Of a stretch of DNA of 64,000 nt, positions 1 to 12,894 are shown one piece after another. Within the stretch, counting starts at the first letter, position 1. Each line of letters starts with the position of its first letter. The position numbers and the translations under genes were made by a program. The notes beneath the pieces were generated by a model. That model saw nothing but the letters and a program-made list of their open reading frames with translations. It was not told where the DNA came from and did not search any database. Source of the stretch: Anthoceros angustus (lineage: Eukaryota; Plantae; Anthocerotophyta); assembly GCA_010909165.1 (NCBI GenBank), contig MU008172.1:1313962-1377961 (forward strand), read 5' to 3'.

Positions 1-21
1 TTAATGGTTGTGTTGTTTTAG

Positions 22-180
22 GTTGTGACCTTGCAGGAAGATGGTCAATTTCGCCCAAGTCCTCAGCTTCATCAATTGGTTGCCAATTATGATAATGCTG
101 TACAAGTACCAATCAAGCCAAGTGGTCGTGAAAATTACATTTTCAATCTGTATAATTGTACAGTAAATTTCCCAAAATAA
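22..180 (+). CDS. Possible terminal exon of a gene lying mostly upstream of the window (VVTLQEDG...ENYIFNLYNCTVNFPK*)
   Basis: AG at 20-21 after a T-rich tract, then 52 open codons to TAA at 178-180. No recognised domain. Confidence 0.3.
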   Translation, partial: VVTLQEDGQFRPSPQLHQLVANYDNAVQVPIKPSGRENYIFNLYNCTVNFPK

Positions 181-1129
181 GGTGAGTATCAATGTTTTTA
201 TTTTTAGTGTTTACTAGTAGCAGCGTAATTGAGGTTTGGGTGCTAATTTTGGTTTTGTTTGTAGGTTTCTTGTTGAAGCGAGTTCACTATATCGGTATTT
301 ACTCTTCATTAGTTGAATTCAGATTTCATGCACGGATATACAGGAAACTCGCAAAGAAAAGGTTCTTTGTTGGTTTTTTGTATATCCTGGATCCGCATGA
401 ATATTATTTAACAGAAAATGTTTTTGTCAGATTAGCGATTTTGGTGGGATTTCTAGAATGAGCTTACTAGACGCACCTGGTTTTCACTTGGTCGTCATGT
501 TTTCTACTCTAGTGCTCTGTTTTCCACCTTGATGGTAGATCATATTCACCCCACTTGGCATGTTTTCTACTATATTGTAATGAATTTTACTATACTGTGT
601 AAAATAATGGCCAAAAGGTCGATTCTCTCTTAAAATTCACCTGCACTACCCCGAAAAAAAACCAACGGTAGCGTGAGGCCCCTGCACGAGGCAGCGACTT
701 CCACGATTTTACGTGGTGCCGACCAGAGTGAACGGGTGGAAGGTTAAGAAGTACCTTCAACCCAAGGTACCTGTTGTTTGCGAGGACGCAAACAGGTGAG
801 GAGGGGAGTATGTGGAACGCAAAAGTTTGGGCAACCAGCCCAAACGAGCCGGAGGGAGAACGAACTTGATTTTTTTTTGGCTAGGAACGATTGAAAAGAA
901 GCATGCCAGGAAATTTCTGAAAGTCTTGGAGCTAGAGCTGTAAAATATTGTTAGGAAGACGAAGAGGATATCCCATGAAGAAGAACGTCAAAACCCCCAT
1001 TTGCGCGCGGGGAGGGCAGTCCGAAGGTTGGTAGGTCGGCGACTATCACCGAGGGTCGCCACACACGCCCGTAGGTCAGAAAGAAGGACCATGTAAGTGG
1101 CAGACTACCATAGAGACGAACCTCGCAAA

Positions 1130-4100
1130 AAGGAAATTAGGATAAGGGGGATATCCACTATGCTCACCAATAGGGAGATAATAGGATTAATTAGAAGGTA
1201 ATTAATTTGAGGTCATGGATAGGAAAATAGGTAATTGGCGTGCTTGGTAATTTAGGATGTTGAACCGGATCTAGGGTTGGGAACTCCGTGGCGCAATCCA
1301 AGAGGGCAAAGTGCAATTTGGCGCCAACTTCCTTCGAATCGAGCCAACTTACTCGATCGAGCCGAGCGTAACCACAAGGAGAAGGAAAAGGAGGGAGAAG
1401 TGTAGACTGCCATCGCCATCGCTGTCGCCGCCATCTACGCCCAAGAGGAAGACGGTCCGCGAGCTGAAGAAGGGAAGGAAGCCCAATCATGGCGGAGCGA
1501 GGAACATCCGACAAAGACCGAGGAAGCTGCTCGGCGAAGTGAGAAGCACGCCAAGCACTGGAGAGAAGAGCCGACGGAGGGCCCCCAGAGCAATCAAGTG
1601 AAGGCCGGAAGGTCAAAGAAAGGAGCTCCACACGCTTCACCGCCCGCGCCTTGCGGAGGAGAAATCGCGAAGGGGAAATTGGCGCCGTGGTTCGCACTGT
1701 GGCTAACGTTTGTGCCTGTGTTGGGTGTTGCTCCTAGTGACAAGGAAGGTTGGTAGGTCGGGACTATCGCCGTGAGGTACGCCACACCACGCCCGATGGT
1801 GGGAAATGAAGCGACTTCGTGGTAAGCTTGGCGAGACTACCACGATAGTGTGTCAGCGTAAAAGGAAATTAGGATAAGGGGGATATCCACTATATATGCT
1901 CACCAATGGGGAGGCGACCAATAGATTAATTAGAAGGTAATTAATTTGAGGGCTGCGGATAGAGAAAGTAGGTAATTGGCGGGGCTTGGTAATTTAGGAT
2001 GTTGAACCGGATCTAGGGTTGGGAACTCCGTGGCGCAATCCAAGAGGGCAAAGTGCAATTTGGCGCCAACTTCCTTCGAATCGAGCCAACTTACTCGATC
2101 GAGCCGAGCGTAACCACAAGGAGAAGGAAAAGGAGGAGAAGTGTAGATCGCCATCCATCGCCGCCGCCATCTACGCCCAAGAGGAAGACGGTCCGCGATC
2201 AAGAAGGGGAAGGAAGCCCAATCATGGCGGAGAGGAAGACATCCGACAAAGACCGAGGAAGCTGCTCGGCGAAGTGAGAAGCACGCCAAGCACTGGAGAG
2301 AAGAGCCGACGGAGGGCCCCCAGAGCAATCAAGTGAAGGCCGGAAGGTCAAAGAAAGGAGCTCCACACGCTTCACCGCCCGCGCCTTGCGGAGGAGAAAT
2401 CGCGAAGGGGAAATTGGCGCCGTGGTTCGCACTGTGGCTAACGTTTGTGCCTGTGTTGGGTGTTGCTCCTAGTGACAAGGAAGGTTGGTAGGTCGGCACT
2501 ATCACCGTAGGTCGCCACACTACGGTAGGTCGAAAGAGCGACTACCGTGGTGTTGGCGTCATCAATGGCAGACGACAACTCTCAAAAAGGAAATTAGGAT
2601 AAGGGGGATATCCACTATATATGCTCACCAATAGGGAATAAATTAATTAGAAGGTAATTAATTAGGAGCGGGCGGATAGAAAATAGGTAGTTTAGATGCT
2701 TAGGTAATTTAGGATGTTGAACCGGATCTAGGGTTGGGAACTCTCCAGTGGCGCAATCCAAGAGGGCAAAGTGCTTTGGGCGCAACTTCCTTCGAAGAGC
2801 AACTTCGCGACCGAGCCGAGCGTAACCACAAGGAGAAGGAAAAGGAGGAGAAGTGTAGACCGCCATCGCATCACGCCGCCGCCATCTACGCCCAAGAGGA
2901 AGACGGCCGCGCGAAGGGGAAGGAGTAGCGAGCGGAGCAAGAGAGGAAGACATCCGACAAGGGTGCCGTGCGCGAAGTGAGAAGCACGCCGCCAAGGAGA
3001 GCCGGAAAGCGAGGAGGGCCCCAGAGCAAAGGCTGAAGGCCGGAAGGTCGGGGAGCGGAGCTCCACACCGACCGCCTCCGGAGGAGAAATCGCGAAGGGG
3101 AAATTGGGCCGGGTTCGACTGGCTAACGTGATTGTGCCTCAGTTGGGTGTTGCTCCTAGTGACAAGGAAGGAGTGCTTGGGAGTGAAGCTTTGGAGCACA
3201 ACGCTTGAATTGGAAAGTAATTTGGAAGTAAGGAAGGTGCCATGCCGCCGCCTGAAAGGCAAGGGAAGGAGCCGCCAAGGGTTCCTCAGGAGGAAGGAGA
3301 AGAAGGCGGCAGCAGAGGCCGCCGGGGAAATGAAGCGACTTCGTGGTAAGCTTGGCGAGACTACCACGATAGTGTGTCAGCGTAAAAGGAAATTAGGATA
3401 AGGGGGATATCCACTATATATGCTCACCAATGGGGAGGCGACCAATAGATTAATTAGAAGGTAATTAATTTGAGGGCTGCGGATAGAGAAAGTAGGTAAT
3501 TGGCGGGGCTTGGTAATTTAGGATGTTGAACCGGATCTAGGGTTGGGAACTCTCCAGTGGCGCAATCCAAGAGGCAAAGTGCAATTTGGGCGCCAACTTC
3601 CTTCGAATAACTTCACTTCGATGGGCTGGGCGTAACCACAAGGAGAAGGAAAAGGAGGAGAAGTGACCCATTGCCATAGCCGCCATCTACGCCCAAGAGG
3701 AAGGCAGTCCATGATCCCAGAAGGGGAAGGAGGTGGCCAAGGCATGGCGGGAGCGAGAGGCATCAGCCGGACAAGCGATGCGAAGTCTTCTCCTCAGCGC
3801 AACTGTGAGAAGCACGCCATGCCTGGAGGCTGGGCGAGTCAGAGCCACGGAGGGCCCAGTGCTCAAGGCATGAAGGCTGGAAGGTCGAAAAAGCGGAAAG
3901 GAGCTCCACGGCATTTCACCGTAGGCGCCTTGCCACAGAGGAGAAATCGCGAAGGAAAGTTAGCGGCGGAGAGTTCGAGACCAGGCTAGCAGTACTTGTG
4001 CCTCGGGTTGGGTGTTGCTCCTAGTGACAAGGAAGCGCTTGGGAGTGAAGCTTTGGAGCACACAACGCTTGAATTGGAAAGTAATTCTCTTTGGAAGTAA

Positions 4101-4190
4101 GGAAGGTGTCACGCCTAGGAAGCAAGGGAAGAGCCGCACCTTAGGGTTCTTCCTGAGGAGGCAGGAGAAGAAAGTGAAATGCACGCCTTG
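1130..4190 (+). repeat. Tandem repeat of ~730-800 bp, about 4 copies, inside the Gypsy 3' region
   Basis: Marker aaggaaattaggataagggggatatccac recurs at ~1132, 1862, 2588 and 3387; internal blocks are collinear. Confidence 0.9.
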
Positions 4191-4199
4191 AGGAAATGA

Positions 4200-6390
4200 G
4201 CTTGTAATGCCCCAATTTACGTGTTTTCTGAGGGCAGCTCAACCCCGTGATTTAGTGGATTTCCGCAATGGGCGTAAGAGGATAATATCCAGTTGGGATG
4301 GGTGTATGGCCAATGGGCCTACACCAATTTGGAGTCGATTGAGGGCTTCATCAATCTCCATCAATCGTAGGCAGCCCTTGCAGTCGAAAGGAATGCTCGA
4401 ACGGATCCTCCATTGTTGGACCGTAAGGAGCATTCGGCGTGTACGGGAGGAGGAAAGCTCGAATTGCTCTCTCGAAAGGTCGAATGGAGGAAGAGGACGC
4501 CCTCTCCGATTCCGCAAGAGCCTCGACATGATGGAGGAGGAAGGCCCATGCCAAGAATGGCTGGAAAAGAGCATCAAGGAGTCAAGTGGAGGCTCTTCAA
4601 GATTGTGTTGGGGTAAATTACCAGGACGCCTATTTCAAAGACCAACTTCGCAATTTTGTGGAAGATTTCGAGAGGAGCCAAGCCGATTGGGGCACCATCA
4701 TGTATGAGGCCTACATCCACCAGAGAAGCTCCTCAAGCCAAATTGTGGATGAGGAAGGCCAAGGCTCTACCTTAGCACCTATTTGGTGCATTTGTGGGAA
4801 ACAAGGGCTTCTCACAAGCAAGGAGTTGGAAGATGCTTGGCATCCTTGAGATAATCCATCTCCAGCTTGGAAAGGCCTTTGCCTTTGCATTGAGGAAGAC
4901 AAGGGGAGGTCGACTCCACAAGCATGCTAGGAGCAAGGGAGGAGGAGGCAACAAGGTTGCCGAGTGGGAATCTTTTCCCCACAAGAGCAAGAGGAGAGGA
5001 AGAACCGCCGAGGAAGGCCGAATGGTAGTCTATGAGAGGAGGACTACCACAGAGGGGTGATGCCCCAAGGGTGGGGAGTCCCCACCATCTCATCTTTGGG
5101 AGAGGCACCCCACACCTCACCCAGGGGAGGCACCACCCAAGGTGCGATCAGGAGCGCCCACCATGGTAGGTAGGCGTACTCACCAGGGGAGCACCACCGC
5201 TGTAGGCACCCACGCCAGAGGTGGCCCAGGAAAGGGGAAGGGGCGCATGAGAGCCGCGGGCGGCGCCGAGGCCACCATCTCCGCTGGAGGAAGAGCGGAT
5301 GGAGCGACGGTGAGGGACTCCACCGCTGATGGCCGAGGCAAGAGAGCTGAGATTTCCAGCAAGAAGAAAGTGGAATTGGGCCCCTAGGAGAATTGGCCGA
5401 GTGCTTGTGAAGCACTCACCGTGTGGATTTGAAGGGGCTAGGAGCCAGCCTCCTTGTGGGCCAAGAGGAAGTGAAAGCCCAAGACATGGCCGGAGGAAGG
5501 CAGGACCAAGTGGCAATTGAGGCCATGGAGTCCGGGCAGCCAAATTGGAGAAGGTCAGAGAAGCTCCAACACCTCATGGAGAGCCGAGAAGGTCCTAGAG
5601 GGAAGGTTGTCACATCAAGAAAGAGCTATTCGGGCAACAACCCAAAGGGACATGGAGGTATATGAGGAGCATTTTGCCCAATTAGAGCAAGAGCGAGGGC
5701 AAACGAGGTTAGGAAGGAGAAGCTCCCAAGGACGAAGAGTGTGTGATGGCTACCCAAGCCATCAAGATCCGGACATGGAAAGGAATCCGGACCTCAATTT
5801 GGAAGAGAAGCGCTGAGGCTCAAGACCAAGACTGCAAGAGTTGGAGCGCGAAAAGAGTGCTTGGCAAGAGAGAGACCAAGATGGCCGAATTGGAACAAAG
5901 GAGGTTCCAAGAGGAGGAGCACCACAAGAAGGTGGTACACAGGATGCTGGTGGTGAGAAAGCGATTTTGGGCGGACTATGCCCTTCAAAATGGCCAACCA
6001 AAGGAAGTGAGGGAGGAGAATGTGACCTCCATGTCAAGGTGGGGAATTGACCACCCAAGGGACGCCTACAAGGTAGGTGAAGATGGAGAGTGGCCCACTG
6101 AGATTGATGATCTCCAAATGCAATATCATAGCTTGGGGCTCACCTCCACAATAGATTTTGAAGGCCAACAATGAGATTCGCTTGGCCAAGAGGAGGACAT
6201 TGGGTCCTCATGATGATGACAAAAGGAGTCAGAAGTGTGCAGAGGCCTCCGATTTTGATGAGGCCATCAAAATGGACTCCGAGGAACTGAGGAGTCGAGA
6301 TGGGGAGCGCAGAGCGCCAAGGGTGGAAGATGGCGCGAGAGCAAGGAGGGGGAGCCCACCTCCGGGGTCAACCTACCACGAGGGGTGACC
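4200..6390 (+). pseudogene. Frameshifted extra (non gag-pol) ORF of the Gypsy 3' region, charged/coiled-coil-like, copy A1
   Basis: Chained ORF fragments (WGTIMYEAYIH; SWKMLGILEIIHL; E/K/R-rich helix; KRRTLGPHDDD), conserved in copy B. Confidence 0.6.
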
Positions 6391-7519
6391 ACGTAGTCCG
6401 CCAGCACCGTGGTGTGCCACCACGCCTAGTCCGCTGCTACCGAGGGCGTGCGGGCGCAGAGCTGGGAGTCGCCGCCAAGGCCCCGGCCGAGGATGAAGGA
6501 GCCGGGGGTCCGAGTATACCCCTGAGGAGCAACTGAGGTGGTGGGGAGACAACCCCACCTGAGGAGACTAAAGACGGGTCCGACCACGAGGAAGGGAGGG
6601 GAAGTTCTCCCCACGAAGGGGAAGGCTGTGAGAGAGTCCAATGCAAAAGGGCCCGGAGTTAGACAGACAAATTGAGGGAGGAAGAACCTTTGAGATGCCC
6701 ATGATAGGTATGGACAACCAACAAGAGGAAAGGAGCAAGATTCCAACCCAAGAGGCCAGATGGAGAAAGAAGGAAAGGGCCGACTACCATGGTAACCACC
6801 CCTAGTCCGCCGCATCAGCGGTAGGGTGCGATGACGAGCGACCAGCAGAGGCTGGAGAAAAGGCGCGGGCGGGAGGGCGCGATTGCCGGGGGACTGAGAA
6901 CTGGCGCCGCCTGGAGATGGAGGAAGGGGCAGATTGTACTTGCCCCACACATTAGGAAGATGACAAGATCGGGAAGGAAGAGCAAAAGGAGGGCGAGGGA
7001 GCCAATCCACAAGGAGAAGGAAAGGAGGGAGAAGTGTAGATCGCCATCGCCGCCGCCATCTACGCCCAAGAGGAAGACGGGCCAAGAAGAAGGAAGGAGC
7101 CCCAAAGCAGGCGTGGAGCGCGAGGAAGACATCCGAGCATGAGAAGTCTTCTGTGAATGAGAAGCACGCCACAATGAGAGTGGAAGCAGCACGACGGAGG
7201 GCCTCGCCGAGCAAAGGCGGAAGGGGAAGCTGAAAGGAGCTCCACACCAGACGGCGCCTTGCCCGGGAGGAGAAATCGCAAGGGAAATTGGCGCCAAGGT
7301 TCACCGGCTAACGCGACTTGTGCGTTGTGTTGCTCCCAGTGACAAGGAAGGAGTGCTTGGGAGTGAAGCTTTGGTCCAACGCTAATTGAGTAATTCTCGC
7401 TAAGTAAGGAAGGTGCCATGCCTGGAAGAGCAAGGGAAGGAGCCGCCAAGGGTTCTTCCTCGCGAGGAGGCAGGAGAAGAAGGCGGCAGCAGGGGCGCCC
7501 GCCAGGGGAAATGAGCTTG

Positions 7520-9750
7520 TAATGCCCCAATTCACGTGTTTTGCGGCGTACCAACCCCGGATTTAGTGATTTCGCAATGGGCGAGGAGGATAATATCCTG
7601 ATGGGTGTATGCAATGGCCTACACCAATTTGGAGTTGATTGAGGAGTGTTCATCAATCTCCATCAATCGAGGCAGCCTTGCCGTACCGGAAAAGGAATGC
7701 TCGAACGGATCCTCTGACCGTAAGAAGCATTCGACAGTGTATGGAGACCGGAGGAGCTCGAATTGCTTCCTCGAAAGGTCGAATGGAGGAAGAGGACGGC
7801 CCTCCGACATTCCGCAAGAGCTCGACATGATGGACGAGAGTGAAGGCCCATGCCAAGAATGGCTGGAAAAGAAGCATCAAAGAGAGTGGAGGCTCTTTGC
7901 AAGATTGTGTTGGGGTTGGTAAATTACGAGGACATTTATTTAAGACCAACTTCCTCCAATTTTGTGGAAGATTTCGAGAGGAGCCAAGCCGATTGGCACC
8001 ATCATGTATGAGGCCTACATCCACCACCGGAAAAGCTCCTCAAGCCAAATTCGTGGATGAGGAAGGCCAAGGCCTCGCTACCTTAGCACCTATTTGGTGC
8101 ATTTGTGGAAACGGAAGGGCTTCTCACAAGCAAGAGTTGGAAGATGCTTGGCATCCTTTGAGATAATTCATCTCCAGCCAGCTTGGAAAGGCCTTGCCTT
8201 TGCCTTGAGAAGATGGGAGGTCGACTCCACACATGCTAGAGCAAGGGAGGAGGATGGAGGCAACAAGTTGTGAGTGGGAATCTTTTCCCACCGAGCAAGA
8301 AAAAGAGGAGAGGAACAAGAACCGCCGAGGCCGAATGGGTCATGAGAGGAGGACTACCAGGAGGGGTGATAGCCCCAAGGGTGGGGAGTCCCCACCATCC
8401 CTTTGTGCCTAGCAGGAGGCACCGCCACTACCCCAGGGAGGCACCACCCAAGTGGGCGGCATCAGTGAGACCACCACGTAGGGTGCACTACCGCCAGGAG
8501 CACCTCACCGCCAGTAGGCGCACCCCACGCCAGGTGCACACGGTAGGAAGGGGAAGGAGAAGCCGGAGCTGCCGCGGCGCCTAAGCCACCACCACCCGCT
8601 GGAGGAGAGCGGATGGAGCGACGGTGAGGGACCACGCCGATGGTCCGCTGAGGCAAGAGAGCTGAGATTTCAAAGAAGAGGGAATTTGGGCCCTAGGAGA
8701 ATTTGCCGAGTGCTTGTGAAGCACTCACTGCAGGTGGATTAAAGGGCTAGGAGCTAGCAGCTTCCTTGTGGGCATGCCAAGAGGAAGTGAAATCCCAAGA
8801 CATGGCCGGGAGGAAGGCAGGGACTAAGTGGCAGCTAGAAGCCATGGAGTCCGACGAGAAGGCAGCCAAATTGGAGAAGGCTGTAGAGAAGCTCCGCGAC
8901 CTCATGGATGAGCGGCGCGCGGGAAAAGTCCTAGAGGGGAAGATGTCACAAACCGAAGAAAGAGCTATTCGGGCAACAACCCAAAGGGACTCTTGGAGGC
9001 AAAAGGCGGAGGAGCATTTTGCCCAATTGGAGCAAGAAAGGAGGAAGGCACGAGGCATTAGAAGGGAGAAGGTATCGCCAAGTGACGCCAAGAAGAGCGG
9101 TGTGATGGCTACCCAAGCCATCAAAATCCGGACATGAAGGAAGCGGACCCAGACAACTGGAAGAGAGCGCTGAGCCGGGAGGCTCAAGACCAAGAACAAG
9201 AGAGTTGGAGCGCGAAAAAGATGCTTGGCGAGGAGAGGGCTTGCCAAGAGGACTGGAACAAAGGAGGTTCCAGAGGAGGAGCACCACAAGAAGGTGGTAC
9301 AATGCCGGGTAGTAAGGAAACGAAGATTTTGGCATTATGCCCTGTGCAAAGATGGCCAACCAAATAAAAGAAGTGAGGGAGGAGAATGTGACCTCCATGT
9401 CAAGGTGGGGAATTGACCACCTCAAGGGATGCCTACAAAGGGGAAGATGGAGAGTGGCCCACGAGATTGATGATCTCCAAATGCAATATCATAGCTTGGG
9501 GCTCACCTCCACAATAGATTTTGAAGGCCAACAATGAGATCTGGCTTGGCCAAGAGGAGGACATTGGGTCCTCATGATGATGATGAAGGAGCCGCAAGCA
9601 GCCTGAGGCCTCGATTTTGATGAGGCCATCAAAAATGGACTCCGAGGAACTGAGGAGTCGAGATGGGAGCTCAGAGCCCAAGGGTGGGAAGATGGCGCGA
9701 GAGCAAGGAGGGGAGCACCTCCGGGGTCAACCTACTTGGGGTGACCACCA
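7520..9750 (+). pseudogene. Second copy (A2) of the frameshifted extra ORF
   Basis: Duplicate of 4200-6390 with the same peptide blocks. Confidence 0.6.
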
Positions 9751-10472
9751 CTACAGTCCGCGCTACCGCAGACAAATTACCACGCCCTAGTCCGCTGATC
9801 ACCGGAGTAGGGCTGTGCGGGCCAGAGCTCGAGGGGAGCAAGGCCCGGGCCGAGGATGAAGGAGCCGGGGTCCGAGTATACCCCTGAGGAGCAGAGGTGG
9901 TGAGGAGACAACCCACCGAGGAGACTAAGACGGGGTCCGACCGAGGAAGGGGAGGGTGAGAAGTTCCCGCCCACGATAAGGGAAGAGCTGTGGCCGGGAG
10001 GAGTCCAATGCAAAAAGGCCCAGAAGTTAGACATCACAACAATTGAGGGAGGAAGAACCTTTGAGAACGCCCATGATAGGTATGGACAAATTAAACAAGA
10101 GGAAAGGAGCAAGATTCACCCAAGAGGCAACAGATGGAGAAAGAAGGAAAAGGTCGACTACCATGAAAGTCACCACCCTTAGTCCGCGACTACCGCGTAG
10201 GGTGCCGATGACGGGCCACCAGCGAGACGGAGAAAAGGCGCCAGCGCGGAGGGGGGCGCGACCGATGAAGAGGAATCAGGGCGCCTGAGATGGAGGAAGG
10301 GGCAATTGTACTTGCCCCACACATCTAGGAAGGCGACAAGATCCGGGAAGGGACAGAGCAAAAGGAGGGCGAGGAGCCAATCCACAAGAGACACGCCGCC
10401 ACCCCAAAGAAGATAAGGACTAAGAATGGTCAATGACCATAAATGAGCTTTGGGAATGGGAAGGATAGGTGG

Positions 10473-11446
10473 TGTAGGACATCCTTAAGGATGATCTTAG
10501 GTGAAGTTGCTAGAATAGAATTTACCAACTGGACAATAGATTTAGATGCCAGCCTTAAATGTCAAGTGTAGGAAATAATAGAAATTGGAAAAGGTGACCG
10601 CAGAGGGGTCACCTAAGGGGAGGTTGTATGTGGAAGGCCTCCTATAAGAGGAGGAGGATTTCACAAAGTAAAGTATCACTATGCGCCCACCCTCATCGAG
10701 TCCTTTGCCATTACAGAGGAATTTCGTGCGGCCGTGAGCCAACGCTGGGTAGAGAGGAAGTCGTGGTCTGAGTGTTGGTGGAGGACTTGCTCACGCAAGT
10801 GCCTAAACGAGTTGCTCCTTGTGAATGGTTGCGTGAAATTGCTTTGCTTTGGGTGTGTGGCAATGCCTGTGAACACTGAGATTGATCCGTAGACTGGAGG
10901 TGCTCCGAATGGTGTCAAACTCAGCAACCGCCCAAGGAAGAACTTGCTGGTGGAGGCCGACCCTGTGCGCCAGCTGGCAGGGCGAGTCAAGCCAAGTCAA
11001 CCGAGGTTAGAATAGGAGGAAGAGGATGAGAAGATGAGAAGATGAGTAGAGGATTAGAGGTGTAGGTGTTAGTGGAAGGCCAGGCGGGACGAATCCCAAC
11101 TGCAAGTAAAGAGCGCCCGAGTGGAGAAGAGTGGTCTTAAGTAGGGACGAAATCTGTGTGGACTGGGGTCCTGGCGCCCGTGATAGGCTCTCACACGAGG
11201 CAGACCCGCAATTGTGTGTGTCGCTGTAGGTTGAGGATTGGCGATTTTTCGCAAGCAGGGGCAAGAGGGTGAGTAGAGGGCGCCTTGCTCGCTGAGAAGG
11301 CGAGAATTTGTGTCTCGCAGTAGCGACGCCATCACAAGACCAACTTTCACACAAGTCTCATGGGACAAACCCAACGACGGCGACAAAGTGAGATAAGTGT
11401 GGCCGCTATAGTGGGAGGACCTGAGTGCCCCGGTTTTCCTACCACA
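10473..11446 (+). repeat. 3' LTR of Gypsy copy A (~974 bp)
   Basis: Starts TGTAGG after a PPT-like tract, ends ACCACA, and is homologous over its length to 31111-32104. Confidence 0.8.
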
Positions 11447-12894
11447 ATCCTAAGACTATACCTCGCCTGGGAATCCTACAAGACTTTGTTTCTTAGACAT
11501 TTGGCACAATAATATCTTCCTGACCGATGTTTCTTGATTCGCCCCGCAATGCGAACGAAGTGGTATGGTGTGCACTTGGAGTCGGGCCCAAGCCAAATGT
11601 CTAAAGATTCAAAAGATGCACAAGGTTCTCTCTATTGTTTTGCCGTTGTTTGAGGTTTTGTTTTGTTTTATGTTTTATGTTTTATTCTTTTTTGCTTTAT
11701 TATGCCTTAATTTTGTTGTGCTAGTGGTTTAATTTATATTATTGTAGTAATGTTTTTTCCGTTTGGCCATGAAATTTGAAAATGGAGATAAGATGAGAAT
11801 CCCAATGCTTATGTATTCACAAGAAAAGCCCAAAGTAGGTCAAACCTGCTATTCCACAACGCAAAGTCTCTCACGACTAACCTCTTATCCTACAAGTCTA
11901 GGTTTGTTTTACGCTCTACGTAGTTTGATAGTCCTTGAAATCATCCTTGAAATCATGATGAGTAGTTCTTTATGTAAAGTGTACAAATTGGATGGTCTCA
12001 TCTACACTAAAGTATTGGGGTCTCCTAATTGCCGCTTGCAATATTGGGCACCTTGATAAAGATTTCGTGCCAAACTAGATATCTGAATGGCTCCTTTTGA
12101 TGAAGGTTTGAATGCCATGGACAGCCCTTAGTAAGAAGCAGTTTTGGGAGGCCATCGTGAGCTTCAACATAAAAGGTTCGTGGCAATCAAGGCCAGCCTT
12201 AAGTTGACGTAAGTTTAGCACGCAATTCATAACATTAATAAGGTTAAAACTATGACCATGTTACCACATTTGGGCTGAAGTGTTAGGCATGACATTGCTT
12301 AGTTCACGTACAAAAGTTCATCAAGGAACGAAACAAATGCCTTTGTCTAATCACGTGGTAACTATTTCCCACATCAACTTCTATTCCTACAGCATTTGGT
12401 GTAGTTTAGTTCTCCAATTGACATGTTGTACATTAAGAAGGCAAGGTGAGGAGACTTAATTATTAAGTTGCACAACCATGCCATTTTGTTACTAAGATGG
12501 ACCAATACGAGCAGCGTGAAAGAAATTCAAAGATACCACAAAAGAAAATACCAAATATAAATATAATATCGCTACCACAAGAAAACAATTAGAACATGCT
12601 GGAAAGGAAATATCATATATCCATTAATAGTATGTATTACAAGAAAAACAACTTGAACGTGCCATAAAGGAAATATCAAATATCCATTTATAGTACCTAT
12701 CACAAGAAAAAACAATTTGAAGATGCTAGAAAGGAAATATCAAATATCCCTGTATAGTATCTAGTATTCAAGGTCATCTATAAAGGAGCCATCATCTAAG
12801 TGGTTGGTTGAGTTGCCCACCTGCAACGCTTGCACCTTAGGAAAGCCTAACAAGAAGTGGTTTGTTGTTGCTCATCCTCGCCACGCTCCACCTC

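Larger units (their letters stand above)
3636..10388 (+). repeat. ~3.37-kb tandem duplication (3636-7010 / 7010-10388) of the extra-ORF region
   Basis: gcttgtaatgccccaatt occurs at ~4199 and ~7516; GLTSTIDFEGQQ is encoded at both ~6140 and ~9500; junction at ~7008-7014. Confidence 0.9.
670..11446 (+). mobile_element. Ty3/Gypsy (Tat/Athila-like) LTR retrotransposon, 3' portion, copy A: integrase tail, long 3' region with extra ORF, PPT, 3' LTR
   Basis: Integrase C-terminal motif VNGWKVKKY at 728-754. Collinear homology with 27046-32104. Purine-rich tract at 10451-10472 followed by a TG...CA LTR. Confidence 0.8.

Noticed and set aside
1191-3989. Many overlapping 60-250 aa ORFs on both strands
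   Set aside because: They come from the purine-rich 730-bp tandem unit, and the frames are not maintained between copies.
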